A program made the position numbers and the translations under genes. This document shows positions 37,301-49,978 of a stretch of DNA of 64,000 nucleotides, piece after piece. The stretch covers positions 682,001 to 746,000 of the forward strand of contig CM102286.1 in the NCBI GenBank assembly GCA_046563655.1, given 5' to 3'. Source of the DNA: Yuukianura sp. NJ FZ-2021. Taxonomy: Eukaryota. Under the pieces are notes generated by a model, which worked only from the letters and a program-made list of their open reading frames with translations, was not told the origin of the DNA and ran no database searches. Every line of letters begins with the position of its first letter. Within the stretch, counting starts at the first letter, position 1.

Positions 37301-40300
37301 CTTGGCTTTGTCCACTAGACATTCCTCCAACATAGAGTCTGGTGGACCAAACATTGTCCCCAGACCAGCAGTTTTCTTTGTACAAAACTCCTCCAGTTGC
37401 TTGTTGATTTCCTCTTTGGCTTTAATTCTCGCCTTTCCAAATACCTGTCAATTACAAGGTCAATCAATTACTAATTAGCTCCACTTTTGTACAGTCAAGG
37501 CTCGAAATCATATTCTAAAAACTTACTCTCCTCATCATCTCCTGCTTGTCAGATTCTCGAATCAAATTCAAGTTGTCATCAATCTCAAGTGCAATATTTT
37601 CTGCTACGTGTGGCACATGAAGAGGCTGCAAAATCAAAAAACGAAACCAATCTTACATCATGCACTTTCAAAAAAAAATTTACAAAAAATATATTTTCTT
37701 TTAAAAAAAAAACTTACAGAACCGGGAGCTGTAAAAGTGGAATGGATTTCATATCCCCATCGTTTCATTTCTTTTAGCGTTCCTTCCTCCATTTGTCGTC
37801 CAGTAATTAAGTAGAACAACTTTTTTAAAAAAAATGCAATTTTATGAAAACTTCATTCAATTTTTCCATTTTTACGACATTTCATCATTCAAAAACTAAC
37901 CAAGCTGCTTGGATCGCAATTGTTCCCCACGACATAGTTCATAAAAACGGCCAAGTGGGCGTTGTGGTCCAGCAGTTTGGCAAGGCTACTCCACGGACCA
38001 TTTTTTCCCATTCCCTGCAACAAACAAAAAAAGTTTCAAAAACCATCAAAAATAGTCTAGTTACATAAACTTTTTCAAATTTTAGCAAAGTATAATGCAA
38101 CATGTCATACGGCAGTATTTGGTGAATCGTGAAAAATGAGACAGTCGTCTTCCTCCATGGACATGATGTCTCCTGGCGAATAGGCAGCACCCAATCCTGG
38201 CGTTGTACTTTGACTATGTCCTGACACCAGCAAAGCTGCCAAATCACCCCCAGCTCCACTATTCCCCTGATTTAGCAGAAAAAAAAATCAAATTTAAAAT
38301 ATCGATCTCACAACCTTGAAACGATTACTCTTCACTTATGCTAATTAACACCTCCACTCCAACTCAAAAAAACTATGAGATGACACACTAATCACAAAAT
38401 AGACTAGTGCACAACACATCAAAAAAATAGACTAGTGCACATAAATCAAAAATGGAGTAGTGCACCGTAAATCAAAAATAGATTAGTGCACCGTCCATCA
38501 AAAATAGAGTAGTGCACCACACCTAAATAACGTCGATTGTTCCAAATTAGTCAACAATTGTACTTGTGCGTCAACATTTACTAAAAACAGAACACACTAC
38601 AAGTCAAACCTTGCGGCTCTGACTGAAACTGTGACGTTTCTTCTTTAGTTTGGGCATTGCGTCGTCAGTTGTAAAGCAAGACAATAGAACACTTCTCACT
38701 TAACCATAAAAACAACGTTAACACTAATTAAAAAACAACGTCAAGTTAATTACTCACGGGAGTATTAAACTGAAATGGTTGTTCAGCTGACATGTCCAGG
38801 TCTTCAGTCACTGTGCTCCTGCGCTGTACTCCATAAGGTGGCGGTGGACTTCCAGAAGGCACAGAAGATCCTGATCTTGCATCCAGCGCATCCAAATTGC
38901 TTCGTACAGAACTTCCTTTACTCAGATCATTTACAGAATCTGATCGCAGTTTACTCGTTCCTGGGAACACAAAAATCAAAATCAACTTAACATGCTAATT
39001 AAAACACAACTTTAATTCTCAATAGCAAAAGGAAAAACTTTTCAAAGGCTAAATTTAAGATGACGCACGTTTCATAAAAATCGTATTAAGTCTTATGTTC
39101 ACACACGAACTTAAAAGTAAACACCCCAAATTAAACCATAACACCTTCCGTCTTCTCACTTTACAAAAAAAAAAGTTCCTCATAAAAAAGAAGCAAAAAA
39201 ACCACATTTAAGGTTAAATTTCGCAACTCCTCGGAATTAGTTTCGCAAATTCCCGCTTCCTCCTAAACCAAATTCTGAAATGGAAGTCCGTGAACTTTGA
39301 AATTCCAAAATTTGCAACTTTCCAATTTCAAAATTTGAATTGTTCCCGCGTTCTCACCTTCTTCCGAGTAGCTCAACGCCTTTTGCATTGACACGGGGTC
39401 AGGACTTGATTTTGCACGGTGGTGACTTTGATTGTGACTTGGGTTAATATTTGTGCTCGACGTCGACGGAACTCTGCTATTCATCATCTGCAAAACAAAT
39501 CAAAATTAAAAAATTCCAACTTAACAAGGAAGTTACGCACAAAAACAAAAATTAACCTCTCTAAAAGCAGGTCAAGTTTTGATGAATTGGCTTGTTAAAA
39601 AACACAAATTGAGGCAAAACGGAAGTACTTCATTAAAAGAGCATGGTAAAAGGACAGTATTAGAAGAATGTGTTTGTTTGTTATTAGAACTTACGTTAAG
39701 ATTGTTACTTTGAAAGTAGGCCTGACTGTTAGTTCCAGATTGACCCAGTGGGTCAAAAGGTGAGTAGTCCGGTGGACCAAAATCTCTGAGGTCATGAGGT
39801 TGTGTAAAAGGCGTAGTTTGTGAGGCTGATCTTGGTGGGAGTGGTGGTGGCATGTCCGGTTGATGGTGGTCCCACCTAAATGGTGGCACTGATATTTGTG
39901 CACTCAGGGCGTTACGATTCCTGTTTGGTGGGGCCGGTGGGGCTGGTGGGTGTCGATGGTGGAACCCTTGGTGGGGGTGGTAGTCCAGTTGCTGATGTGC
40001 AAACGGATTGAACTGAATGGATTGGTGACTTTGTGGATAAGGATTGAAAGGCGTTGGACTATGAAGCTAAAAAGAGTCAAAAACAAAACAAAAGAGCCAA
40101 ACACCACTCATTAGTTAAAAATCCTTGTTAGTTGTATACCGTAAAACTTCCAACATACTCCGGGTCTCTAACATTCACTGGGTCACATGGGCTGAGAGAC
40201 AAAGAATTACAATAAAAAAATAAAGAACCGAGTGGACTCGAACCCGCAGCACTTAAATCCGGCAAGAGCTCTAACCATTGAGCTATCATGTTCCAACCTA

Positions 40301-43300
40301 GAAATGATGGAAGCGGAATGCGTTTGTCGGGTGCCGGTCAAAATTTTGTTTTTAGAGAAGCCGGCCTCTATTAAATGTCGGGTTTGGCTCTGAAGGTGCG
40401 AAAAATAGAAGCCCGGACTTGTATTAGAAGTTTTACGGTATTCAAAAAGTGACTATAGAAGATAAATGTTAAGTTTTGAGCATGTATGTGACCACATATG
40501 ACTTTTTGGACACTCAACTCATCTTCCACCCCTCATAATGTTAAAATCCGTTTAATTAATTAAACGCATCCTCTGAAACTTGAGCTTCGCGTAATCAATT
40601 TGTCATTTCCAGCCTTATGCTTGTGCTCAAATCGCTGTTCCCTCCCAAAGCACAGCATGACACTTTTCAATTCAACATTTTACACAAGCTCAGTTGGATT
40701 CCAATTTCAATCCGGAAAACAACTGTGTCCATAAATTCATTAAACTCACGCAAAAATCACAAAAACCGGAAAAACAATCCACACGAAAAAAAAATCAACT
40801 TTTCTGCTCCATCAACTTTGAATTTCAAACTCACTTGTAAGTTTGGTGAACTTTGACGAAATTTTTTCATCTGAGCTTCGATACTTCGTAAACTTTTTTC
40901 TGCCTTTTCCACTTCACTTTTATCCCGTTGACTCTGAGTCGATTCATACTTTTTCCATGCTGCCTCAAATTCTGCTGCTGCCTGATCCCGGTACACTTGC
41001 AGCGTCCGAAATTTATTATCTTGCATCTGAAGTTGAACACCGCGCTGCAATTTTCAAAAAAAAATGAAATCCTCATTTCAATTCAAAATTTAAAATTTTA
41101 GCTTTTTTTTACGTCAACTGGCAGTGGAGCCGTGACAGTTCGTTCATGCGGCATGGCTCCATGATGTGTCTGTCGTCCACTACTATTTCCCACGATTCCG
41201 ACAGGCATTCCGGTCATCTCCGGCCCGGGCGTTCGAACTGTCAGTGTCACATAGGGTCCAGCCGCTGCAAATCAGAAAAAAGTTTGGTTTCATTTCATTT
41301 TCACTGAAAATGAAAACTTTCACTGAAAATTTTCGAAAATGCCCAGTATTTCCCATATCTCCGGTATTTCCCAGTATTTTCCACTAACCTGGGAAATAGT
41401 AAAATTGATTGATTTTCCTGATTTTCAGTTTTTTTTTAAAAAAAAAACAGCTTCATTTTTTAGAATAAGTTATGCCCAAATTGCTTTTAAGAGTCAAAAC
41501 ACGCTACGCACAACCATGTCTCGTCGTATTTACTATGTTCTTATGACCTTCAAAATTTCCTAGGTTACATTTTTTTTAAAGTCAAGTTTTCAAAAAGCTT
41601 CTAAAAACTGTACTTAAAAGCTTCTTCCCCACTCCAAGTGGTAAAAGTTTTGTTGATTTCGTTCCAAAAAACAAAACGAGGTGATTTCCCCTTACAAATC
41701 ACCGTACTTTCCGTTTCCGTGCGCTTAGAACACACAAGATGAACAGCGACAGCAACAGACTTTACATTTTTCTAATTTTAGTTACATTCACAAAAACTTT
41801 TCCAAACGCAGAATCAGTAAGACTTTCAAAATTTCAAAACTCGTTTTAAACTGTCTCTTCCTAAAGACTAAAAACGTATAACTACAAAAAAACAGACAAT
41901 TTTAGAAAAACCCAAGCAACAAAAAAAGCTCAACTGACGTCATTCCCGTGATGACTGATCGCTTTTCCCAAATCATTTAAAAACTAAAAGCGGCAGATTA
42001 CAAATCCCAAGAATTACTCAGGTGAGCCTGCAGCAGGTAAAATGGTTAAATCAATTTGATCAAAAAGCCAAACGGTCAAAAAGTAAAAATGTCACCCGTT
42101 ACAAATAATAGGTTAGGTTTTCGTATGTTTGATCCTCTCACTTTTTGACCCAATTGATTTTGACCATATTACATGGAACCGCTCTAACTAAACCACGCCC
42201 ACTAGTAATTACTTCACAATCAATGTTATTATTATTATTAATGTTACGTTTTACTATCACCACCCCCGCCCCCACAGATTTCCAATCCTTTGAAACTTTA
42301 ATTGTGAATTGTGAGGGAGTCATGGCAAATGGATAAAGTAGGCCAAGATCACTCTTTGTGTCATCTCACTGACTATCCAACACACTTACACAGATATCCA
42401 TTGTACTCTTGTTGACTCTAACATTTGGTTAATCACCTATTGTTACTCTCTTTACTAAATCTGTGTCTCACATTACCCCTGCTCTGTCTATACAATCTCT
42501 GGTCACTCGGGAACTATTCTCCACAAAACACAATTTATTCAATCGTCGTCTGGGTTATAAACAAAACTTTCGCTTTTTAACAGGGATGGGTAGAAATGTT
42601 GTAAAAATCGTGACAGGATTTCAAGGTGTTGGTGACACTCCTGTCTTCTGTGTCACTGACACAACAGCAAAACTTCACTCACCAAAAACATATAATGAAC
42701 TACGTACATCAACTTCAACACTGCGTTTAACTTTTTAAAAACGAAATGACTTGTGGCAGTTTTCATTTTACAATTGACCAACTTGAAATCAATTTAAACT
42801 TTCTTAAGTTCAAACAATACGGGTTGTATCATATTCTATATTCTATCAATCTCATGTCTCATCAACGCAGCATTTCAACTTCATCAAATAAACGTCTGTC
42901 TAACCTAGACTTCAAAGAAATAAAAGAAAGTTTCAATTTCACCGGCACTAACAATTGAAACTTATAATTTTCTCTCAGCCGCCAAAACAAAACATGACTT
43001 GAATTGAATCAAGAAACTAAAAAAATTGAATTAAAATCACAATTTTTCTTGTAAATTCATAAAAATTAGTTTTTACATTCAAAAAAACATACGCGGAAGG
43101 TGTTGCATCCAACTTAAATCTTTCCGACGTTTCTTTTTACATTAACTGATTCCAATTAAACTGTGACTTTCACAACCTTGAATTCCACTTTTCCACTTCA
43201 AAAAACTTTAAACTTCTCACACTTCAGCACGACTGACCTTCACTAAACATTTTTCTTCCTCCAAAGGTCAATTGCAAATCCAAATAATTGTGATTCCTCA

Positions 43301-46054
43301 CTAAATGTCAATGTAACCAACTTCGTGCACATAACAAAACAACTTTTAAACTTTCAACTTCACCAGTGGAGTGAGCGAGACCAAAGTCAAAACTGTTTAA
43401 TCTTTTGACTAAACTTTTTCCATTGAATCCCATGAACATCTCTCTCAGTTTTACACAGAAGGAGATCTCATCTAAACTTTTCGTTGTGTCCTCATCTTCT
43501 GTGGACTAAAAAGTACTAAAACATTGGATATACCCAATGTTATGTAAAGTTAGTCAAAAAACCATGTTCACTATAGGCTGAATACACTTTGAGCACCAAG
43601 ATCCTGGTTCTTATATTCCACGATGATCAGTCTAAAATATTCCCAACACTATCCCTCTGGCACTATAGCCACCTTAATTGTTCTGGATTCTGGCACCCCT
43701 TCAACAATATTCTCAACAAAACAAAAACTTCCCAAGCATCCAGAAAAGTTAAAAGAACGAGAAAAAACTTTTCCTCTTTCTCAACCAAAAACGCCTACAC
43801 ACTAGACACTCAAAAAAAGGAACCAGTTATAAAAAAAAACAAGGAAAGGAATTTTTGAACATTCAAAAATGAATGGGATCCACAGATCAAACCAAAATTT
43901 CAACAGATCTTCACATTTTTCTCTGATCACAGAGATATTACGTAACCTCAAAAACGAAAACGGAACTTTGTCTTCTGACACTCCAAGAATTCTGTCTAAC
44001 AAAGCCTAAATCTAGAACAATGCTAACGCCATTCGCGTGCAAGCGCTCCCCGACTGCCGCCAACTCGCCTAACAAACAACTTTTCTCAGAATTTTCCAAA
44101 GAAATGTAATAATGTAAACATTATACTAAAAAGTATCAAATTATACCCGCCTTGCTTACAGGGCAGAAAATCCGCGTAAATAAAACTTTAGCCACGCCCC
44201 TTGTAAGTGTTTACTTTTAGTTTTGCTCAAACAAGTTGTGAAGAATATCAGTTTGCTTACTGCACCTAATGTTAAGATGGTGGAAGGTGGAAGTTGTTTG
44301 ATGCTCCGCTTAAAAAATACTAAAAAGTTTAGCACACTTTTAGTCGGTACTAAAAGTTCTAAAACTCCGAATTATCAATAACCAACACGTTCACTGACCT
44401 ACACAAATTTCACAAAAACTAAACAAATGAGAAAAATTAAACAAATTCTGTCAGCATCTGCTGCCGTATGTCTCAACTTTACAGAACTAAAACTGAAACT
44501 CGTGTTATGTCTCCCCTACTGCATCCAAGTCCCTGCAATACAGTCCCTCACACACAAAGTAAAATTTGGAGCCCTTGAAGGGCCCCCTTTGCCACAACGA
44601 AGAATAGAATCTGTAGAGATGAATTAAATCCTAAAGGGCAGCCAGGACCAGCCGGATCCTTATTGCTTATTTCTAGGCAGGATCCATTTCCATTCCAAAA
44701 GGCTAAGGGCCCTGGCTATACCACACGTCAAGGGTACCACCTAAAGCAAAGGGAGCCCTTAAAATGGACCCGGGAGATTCAAGACGCAAGAACGATTATT
44801 ACCGGCTCACGTTTCCACACCGTATTTCCTCCAGGCGCAGAAGAGGAGCACTTAAGGGCTCTTCCTGGCGAAGCACACACCAGAACCAACCGCTCTTGTT
44901 TATGAATGAAGAAGGAAATGAAGCAGATGCTGCCAGGGAGCCCTTTGTATTCCATTAAGCCTTGAGCGCATAAGCCTCAGTATACTGCCAGTATACTAAT
45001 ATTCTGCCAGTATACCAATACTGCCAGTATAACAATGTACTGCCAGTATAATACTGGTCCACACTGTTGGATCCACCTACCCATGCATACTGATTGGAAA
45101 TATGGTTTGAGAGTAAGTAAGAGTGGGGGCAGCCGTGTCAATAAGTGGAAGACAATCAAGGGGGGGGGGACTTGACAATGACAAAGTGCACACTTTTTAA
45201 TATATTTGACAAACAAGGAGGAAGTGACTGTCTGCTGAGTGCATTAATTGCATTTTAGTACCAAAAAGTGTGTCGTATCTCTTGGTCTATCGGATCAAAA
45301 CAAACAGGGAGTGGGGCACTTTGATTAATTCAAAAATGATTTCCTCCTGCACTAAACTTAATATTCATTCCCCCTCTGTTGCGTAACCACCGATCCACTT
45401 TTGAAACACGGTGTAAAAGATACTCTGGGGATTGGACATGGTAGGGTGACATTGGAGTAAGAGGCAGATGTAATTTTGTATTAATCTAATTAGAACTTAC
45501 ATTTGATCAAGTCCACAACTTCGGAGTGATTCATGTGCTCCACTAGACTTCCATTCACTTTCACAATTATGTCGTTCACACAAATTTTCCCTCTGTCTGC
45601 AGCACCGCCTGAAAAATAACCAAAAAAGAATCACGTCAGAAGCAATACAAAAACTAAACTTAAAGGTTAAGTAATGTTTACGTTTGCAGAATTGGAACAA
45701 TGGAAGTGTCAATTAAATGTTAGTTTTAAATTAACTGAGATTCTTAAAACCTCCAACTGCTAATAAGGCATGCTAAACCCGAACAAGGGGACAAGAGGGG
45801 GATTGAATATGCAGGAAGTGCGAGGCGCATGAGAATGGGAGCAACAGGTGACTTGGCCGCATGTTCCGAAATCCAAATGGAATACAAACAAAAGTGCTTA
45901 ATGTCACTTCTTAGTCCACTTTTTCTTAATTTTTCAAAATCTAACCAGGTTTGATTGTCTGGACCAACACGGGATTGTCTCCGCACACTGTCAAGCCGTA
46001 TCCGTTATTCTCGTCGCGGTAAATTATCACTGCCCGGGGATTCCTCGGATCCAT
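10326..46054 (-). CDS. RhoGEF2: RH-RhoGEF (RhoGEF2 / ARHGEF11-12-like): PDZ-RGS-C1-DH-PH, >30 exons
   Basis: ATG at 46054. PDZ exons 46054-45946 (IYRDENNGYGLTVCGDNPVLVQ), 45608-45501 (GAADRG..IVKVNG..HSEVVDLIK), 41264-41113; linker exons 41044-40835, 40066-39695, 39487-39358, 38960-38758, 38266-38111; RGS-like exons 38014-37901 (HLAVFMNYV), 37819-37718, 37625-37527, 37444-37251, 37117-36934; C1 exons 36841-36730 (GHHF..CNICGKILWG..QGLQC) and 35678-35517 (CNIYVHRNC); 35345-35277, 23620-23488, 22497-22425, 22297-22236, 16434-16357; DH exons 16264-16017, 15947-15721 (ELFHTERSHVRHLKV), 15634-15173 (CRRLQIQD..MQRLTKYPL); PH exons 15091-14957, 14833-14710, 14621-14540, 13115-12993; tail exons 12919-12750, 12324-12151, 12021-11836, 11779-11664, 11579-11336, 11009-10855, 10658-10326 (stop). 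Confidence 0.92.
18155..18264 (-). CDS. Candidate alternative first coding exon of RhoGEF2 (MGQERRMTTNG...RRSFSE)
   Basis: ATG at 18264, open to donor AG|GTATT at 18155 in phase 2, matching the phase-2 acceptor at 16434. Confidence 0.45.
20378..20512. mobile_element. Tc1/mariner-pogo-type MITE
   Basis: ~25-bp imperfect TIRs CAGTAAAACCTCTCATTCGGAAACT / AGTTTCTAAATGAGAGGGTTTACTG, with TA on both sides. Confidence 0.7.
21035..21232. mobile_element. hAT-type MITE
   Basis: 18-bp TIRs CAGGGATGTCAAAAATAT / ATATTTTTGACAGCCCTG (1 mismatch); 8-bp flanks CCAATGAC / CTGATGAC (degenerate TSD). Confidence 0.65.
24360..25410 (-). CDS. Large Pro/Ser-rich candidate alternative first coding exon of RhoGEF2 (350 codons)
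   Basis: GC-richer 364-codon ORF inside an intron, same strand as RhoGEF2. ATG at 25410; donor CAT T|GTAAGA at 24360 is phase 1, matching the phase-1 acceptor at 23620. Confidence 0.65.
28212..28516. mobile_element. MITE with ~35-bp TIRs
   Basis: CAGGGCTCCATACCATTTCGTCGAACGGATTACT ... AGTAATTCATTCGACGAAAAGGCATGGAACCCTA. Direct repeat CTAGTCAGCTGTCT at both junctions (28196-28209, 28514-28527). Confidence 0.65.
29511..29655 (-). CDS. Candidate alternative first coding exon of RhoGEF2 (MKWVDGALMEHNGG...LKRSSSFKKLLKLPIWGNSTSS)
   Basis: ATG at 29655, donor CAG|GTACGG at 29511 in phase 1, compatible with acceptor 23620. Confidence 0.5.
34341..34580 (+). mobile_element. Helentron/HINE-like short element (second copy)
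   Basis: TTTTCTTTAACTGGTTG ... CAACCTGTTAAAGAAAA inverted repeat followed by hairpin CAAGG-AA-CCTTG (34569-34580); ends similar to 5232-5418. Confidence 0.55.
35722..36692. mobile_element. Non-autonomous hAT-type DNA transposon carrying a minisatellite, in the intron that splits the RhoGEF2 C1 domain
   Basis: Perfect 11-bp TIR CAGGGTTCGAA / TTCGAACCCTG and perfect 8-bp TSD CAAAATAT (35714-35721, 36693-36700). Subterminal GTAACTTAC/GTAAGTTAC repeats. No transposase. Confidence 0.88.
35925..36647. repeat. 35-bp tandem repeat, ~20.5 copies, each with a palindromic core
   Basis: Unit CGAGCAGTCTGCTCGAGAAATACCAGGATA(TTCTT/ATTCT); the core TCGAGCAG-T-CTGCTCGA recurs every 35 bp between ~35928 and ~36644. 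Confidence 0.95.
38391..38518. repeat. Degenerate ~26-29-bp tandem repeat, ~5 copies
   Basis: Recurrent AAAATAGA(C/T/G)TAGTGCAC motif. Confidence 0.7.
40139..40438. mobile_element. TA-flanked TIR MITE with a nested tRNA-derived SINE-like insert
   Basis: TA|CCGTAAAACTTC ... GAAGTTTTACGG|TA. Internal 40195-40294 reads on the minus strand as TAGCTCAATGGTTAGAGC (A box) ... GGTTCGAGTCC (B box). Confidence 0.65.
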
Positions 46055-47465
46055 CTAAAACGTAAACAGAATCTTAGTCATGTTTATCATTTTAACAAAA
46101 GACATCAACATAATAGCTTCCCAATTACCTTGTAAGTTTAAGTTGACGTTTCAAATGAGCTGCTACGGTGTTCCAAGATTGGTAAGCTGCAAAGGTAAAG
46201 TAGAGTCTAGTTTGTATCGAAGATGACCGAAGAACTGGAACGAAAACTCCAGGCACGAGCTAAGGCACTCCTCCCTTATTCGAGGCACGTCGTATTTAGA
46301 TTAAATGGACGAAAACAATCACAAGTTGCCACTACGAGTATAGTCCCACTTCGTCTATCCCATATCACTGCATACTGCATCCATTAACTAATTTCAATAC
46401 ACAAGAAACAATCAATCACAACTTAAGTTATGAGTCATGGTTAATTTTATCTTCTTTGTTGATGCACCTTACCTTGAAATCCAATGGCCACTCAATTCAA
46501 TCCGGATCCAAGAAGACTCCAAAAGTTCATTGGATTCAACTCCACTTGGACATTGGACTTCCACTTCCCAAGTAATTGTCAATTACTGATTACTTACATC
46601 GTAGTACTTAACGTGGAGTAACTACGACTTAAGTAGGAGGCTGATTAAACGAAAATTGCACCAAAGTTAACTTTAGTAAATGAACAACATGAAATCAACG
46701 CAGAAATAAAAAAAAAATGAAAGGTAAACAAAACTTTTTCTTCGTTTGAAGCACTTCACATTTTGTGGTTTTTCTAGCAGCTACTCCTTCTTTACCTCAA
46801 ATGCGCTTGCAGCATAAATGGGCAAAATTATTAACATATTAATAACATGACTAGTTAAATAAGAACCTAGAAGTTAAAAAATAGCAAAAATTATAAGAAA
46901 TTAAAATATATTATTAACTAATTTAATATAATTTAATTTACATTTATAGTGCACAAAGTGTGCTGTGTGTATAATTATTTAATATCAGGATGCCCATATG
47001 TGAGCAACCCTAAGTCGGTATATGGATACATTTTAGAGTTACCAATTGCTAAAAAACGTAGAGGCATTTTTTAGTTGCAGAAATTATGGCAAACACCACC
47101 CACTCAATCCTTTCTTCTTCTCTAAATCTGCGTGCCGACGACGCCTCTCCGACCAATGTCATCATGGCTTTTTGCATGTGCAAAACATGCAGATTTTGAA
47201 CTTGCAAAAAATTTGCTCTTTACGGTAATAACAAAAGTTTCACGGAAGCAAAAATGCAGAGACACGCATGAACCGCAACCATCAGCATGAAGCCAAACAC
47301 ACAAAGTCACAAAAATTACATTTTTGTAAATTTTGACCAAAAAAGGTACGTTAACAATTTGCAATTTAAGTTTAAATTTAATTAGCGTAGCAGAAATGAA
47401 GTTAAACTTTTGGTTATGTTTTTGTTTGCTAATCAAAAACCATACATGGAAAAGATAATAGAAAA

Positions 47466-49978
47466 AGGTCGTTGACCTTTGCAATTGTTAACTTTTCCAA
47501 ATAAATTCAGACATAATATCATCAATTTGAGTAAGTAAAGGTCAAACAGTTCGAGGATACACAAAGGTCAATGACCTTAGATAGTTGACATAAATGTCAT
47601 TGACCTTTTTGAAAGTCGTTGACATCAAGGTCATTGACCTTTTTGAAAATGCTTAAGCGTCTGTTTTTGGTTTCCGGAATGACCCGAGTCTTCTTCCCCA
47701 ACTCCCACTGCTGTCTTCCCCCTCTTCGTCAATGACCTCGAGATTCTGTGCTTCGATTCTACTGAAAGCCTGGATGAGGTCTTTCACTGACCTCCTCACA
47801 GGCAAGTCAGCTGACAGGTCAAGGTCAATTTTAGCCAAGGTCACTGCCGTAGTAGCTCCGTTAGTCTCGTCACTCCCATCGGATGACGAAGTCATTTGTT
47901 CCGTAGGCGGATCTTCCAAGATCATAACGTCAAACGGATCATGCGCAGGTTCAGGCTGCTCTGGCGGGAGATCATGTGCAGAAGTAACTCCTGTGTTTGT
48001 TTCTCCATTTTGAATTACGTTTGGCACCAAAATTATGTCAGCCTTTGTGACGATTTCTGGAAGAGAAATGTCGCCAATGGTCGCCGTGACTCCTCCTCCT
48101 GCGTCATTCAAACTTGGAAACTCTGAGACACTCGCCCACCGAGCAATTTCGTCACTGCTTTTGCTCAACTGCATCTAACAAATGTTTTGAACCAAGAAGA
48201 ATCAAAATTTTCTTTTCAAAATTTGAATTTTTTTTTTCAAAATTTTGAATTTACTTTGCTACGCCACAACTGTTCACGGGATTTGCTCATGGTTTTGCGT
48301 AATCCTGCTCCGACGACTCTCTGCATCAATTTTTCTCTTGATTTTGTTCTTCCCGCGCTCAAGTCAAAACTACTTTTGCTTTTGTTTTTTATCCGAGTTC
48401 GATTTGAATTCAACCAATCATTCGACAGAGCAAAATTTGCTGTTGGACGTGACCTATAACAAAATTTTTCAAACAAGTTCAAAAAAAAAAGTAAGTTTTT
48501 AAAATTTTAATTAAGGAAATTTGTTTTCTACCTTGGATTTTTTTCTAACAAGGCTCGAATAAAGTCAATTCCAGCCAAACTGATATCATCAAACAACTCG
48601 TTTGGAAAATCAATTTCTGCAGTCAAAATGCTGTTGAACGTTTCTGCATCCGAATCTCCGCCGAACGGACTAAATCCAGTCAGTAACACGTAAGTTACAA
48701 TACCAGAAGACCAAATGTCTGCTTTCGTTGTCAGTTCACTGTAACTGAGGACTTCTGGCGCTAAAATTCAAATTTTTAAAAATTCAAAATATGGTGGCCC
48801 AGTGAGACCAACAAAATTCTAAACAACAAAAAACTTTTAAACAACGTTGTTAGGAAGCATCGCACGTACACGTGCGATTTTGAATTTTTTCTTACCGATG
48901 TAGTCCGGTGTTCCCACGACTTCTTTTTCACCAATCCCGACGACGCGGCTCAATTCAAAATCACAAATTTTGATTTGGCAATTTGGAAAATCTCCCATGA
49001 GAAGTAAATTTTGTGGTTTAATGTCCAGATGAGCGATGGATTTAGCATGGAGGTAGTCTAATCCTTGGAGCAACTGTGTTACGAATTTAGATGCTTGCAT
49101 TTCCGGAAGAACAATATCAGCATCAATCACCGATTGAAGGTCACCGCCTGGGGCACTGAGAAAACAAAGGTCAAGAGGTCATTGACCTCAAGTACTAAAT
49201 TTTTAAGAGTAAACTTACAATTCCATGATTGTAACTAAGTTTTTGTCAGTGACAAAAGCATCTTTGAACGTGATGATGAAATTGTTTTTGAGTCGCGACA
49301 ACAAGCGAATTTCGTTGTAATTTTCTTTCCGTTTTGGACTGAATTTGGCTGCGTAGAGTTGACCCGTTTTGCGTGACCTTGCACGTCGAACGGACGCATA
49401 AAATCCACTACAACGGAAAAAGCGAACGATAAAAAGTCAATTCAATTCAAATGAAAACATGACTATGAAAAAAATTATTCAAATTTTTCTTAATATTTTT
49501 AAATCTTACGTTGCAAAAGCACTGCGTTCAACTTCGTAAAATAATTTAAAGTCGCTTATCCGCGGTTCCTCCATAGTTTTAGAACTTAAATGTTTGGAGC
49601 TTAAAGTTTGACAAAGTTCAATTGAAATCAAAACTAGATTTTTCTGTACACTTTGAAAAACTTTTATTCCAAAACTCAAGCAACTGACGGTGCAATTCAA
49701 CTGTTGGTTTCTACCAATTCAAAATTCAACAAGGTCAAACATACCAAACCATAAATGGCAAGGTCCTTACAAGGGAATTCTGCAACAACTAAATTCATTT
49801 CGACAAAAAAAAAGTTTTGTCGTCGGCATTTTCCTCATTTTTGTTGAAAACATTTGAAGCTCTATTTTTCTACATAAAATTCTACAATATTTCTAAACAT
49901 GACTAATTTGTGCCTCATAAGTGACCTCTCTCAATGTCATTGACCTCAGTGACCGCGAACTGTAAAGGTCATTGACCT
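47466..49978. promoter_or_regulatory. Cluster of IR1 nuclear-receptor palindromes (EcRE-like AGGTCAnTGACCT)
   Basis: Perfect sites at 47565-47577, 47628-47640, 49176-49188, 49966-49978; one-mismatch sites at 47466-47478, 47594-47606, 49934-49946. Confidence 0.5.
47653..49574 (-). CDS. Drak: DRAK/STK17-like (death-associated protein kinase-related) Ser/Thr kinase; exons 49574-49510, 49407-49219, 49155-48896, 48760-48532, 48453-48255, 48174-47653
   Basis: YAAKF, HLDIKPQNLLLMGDFPNCQIKICDFELSR, GTPDYIAPEVLSY, DIWS.G..TYVLLTGFSPFGG motifs typical of arthropod DRAK; acidic low-complexity C-terminal exon. May be a paralog rather than the Drak ortholog. Confidence 0.85.

Noticed and set aside
44620..45060. 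TIR element plus CAGTATACTGC microrepeat
   Set aside because: GC-richer patch with only weak terminal complementarity and no TSD that I could define; left unclassified.
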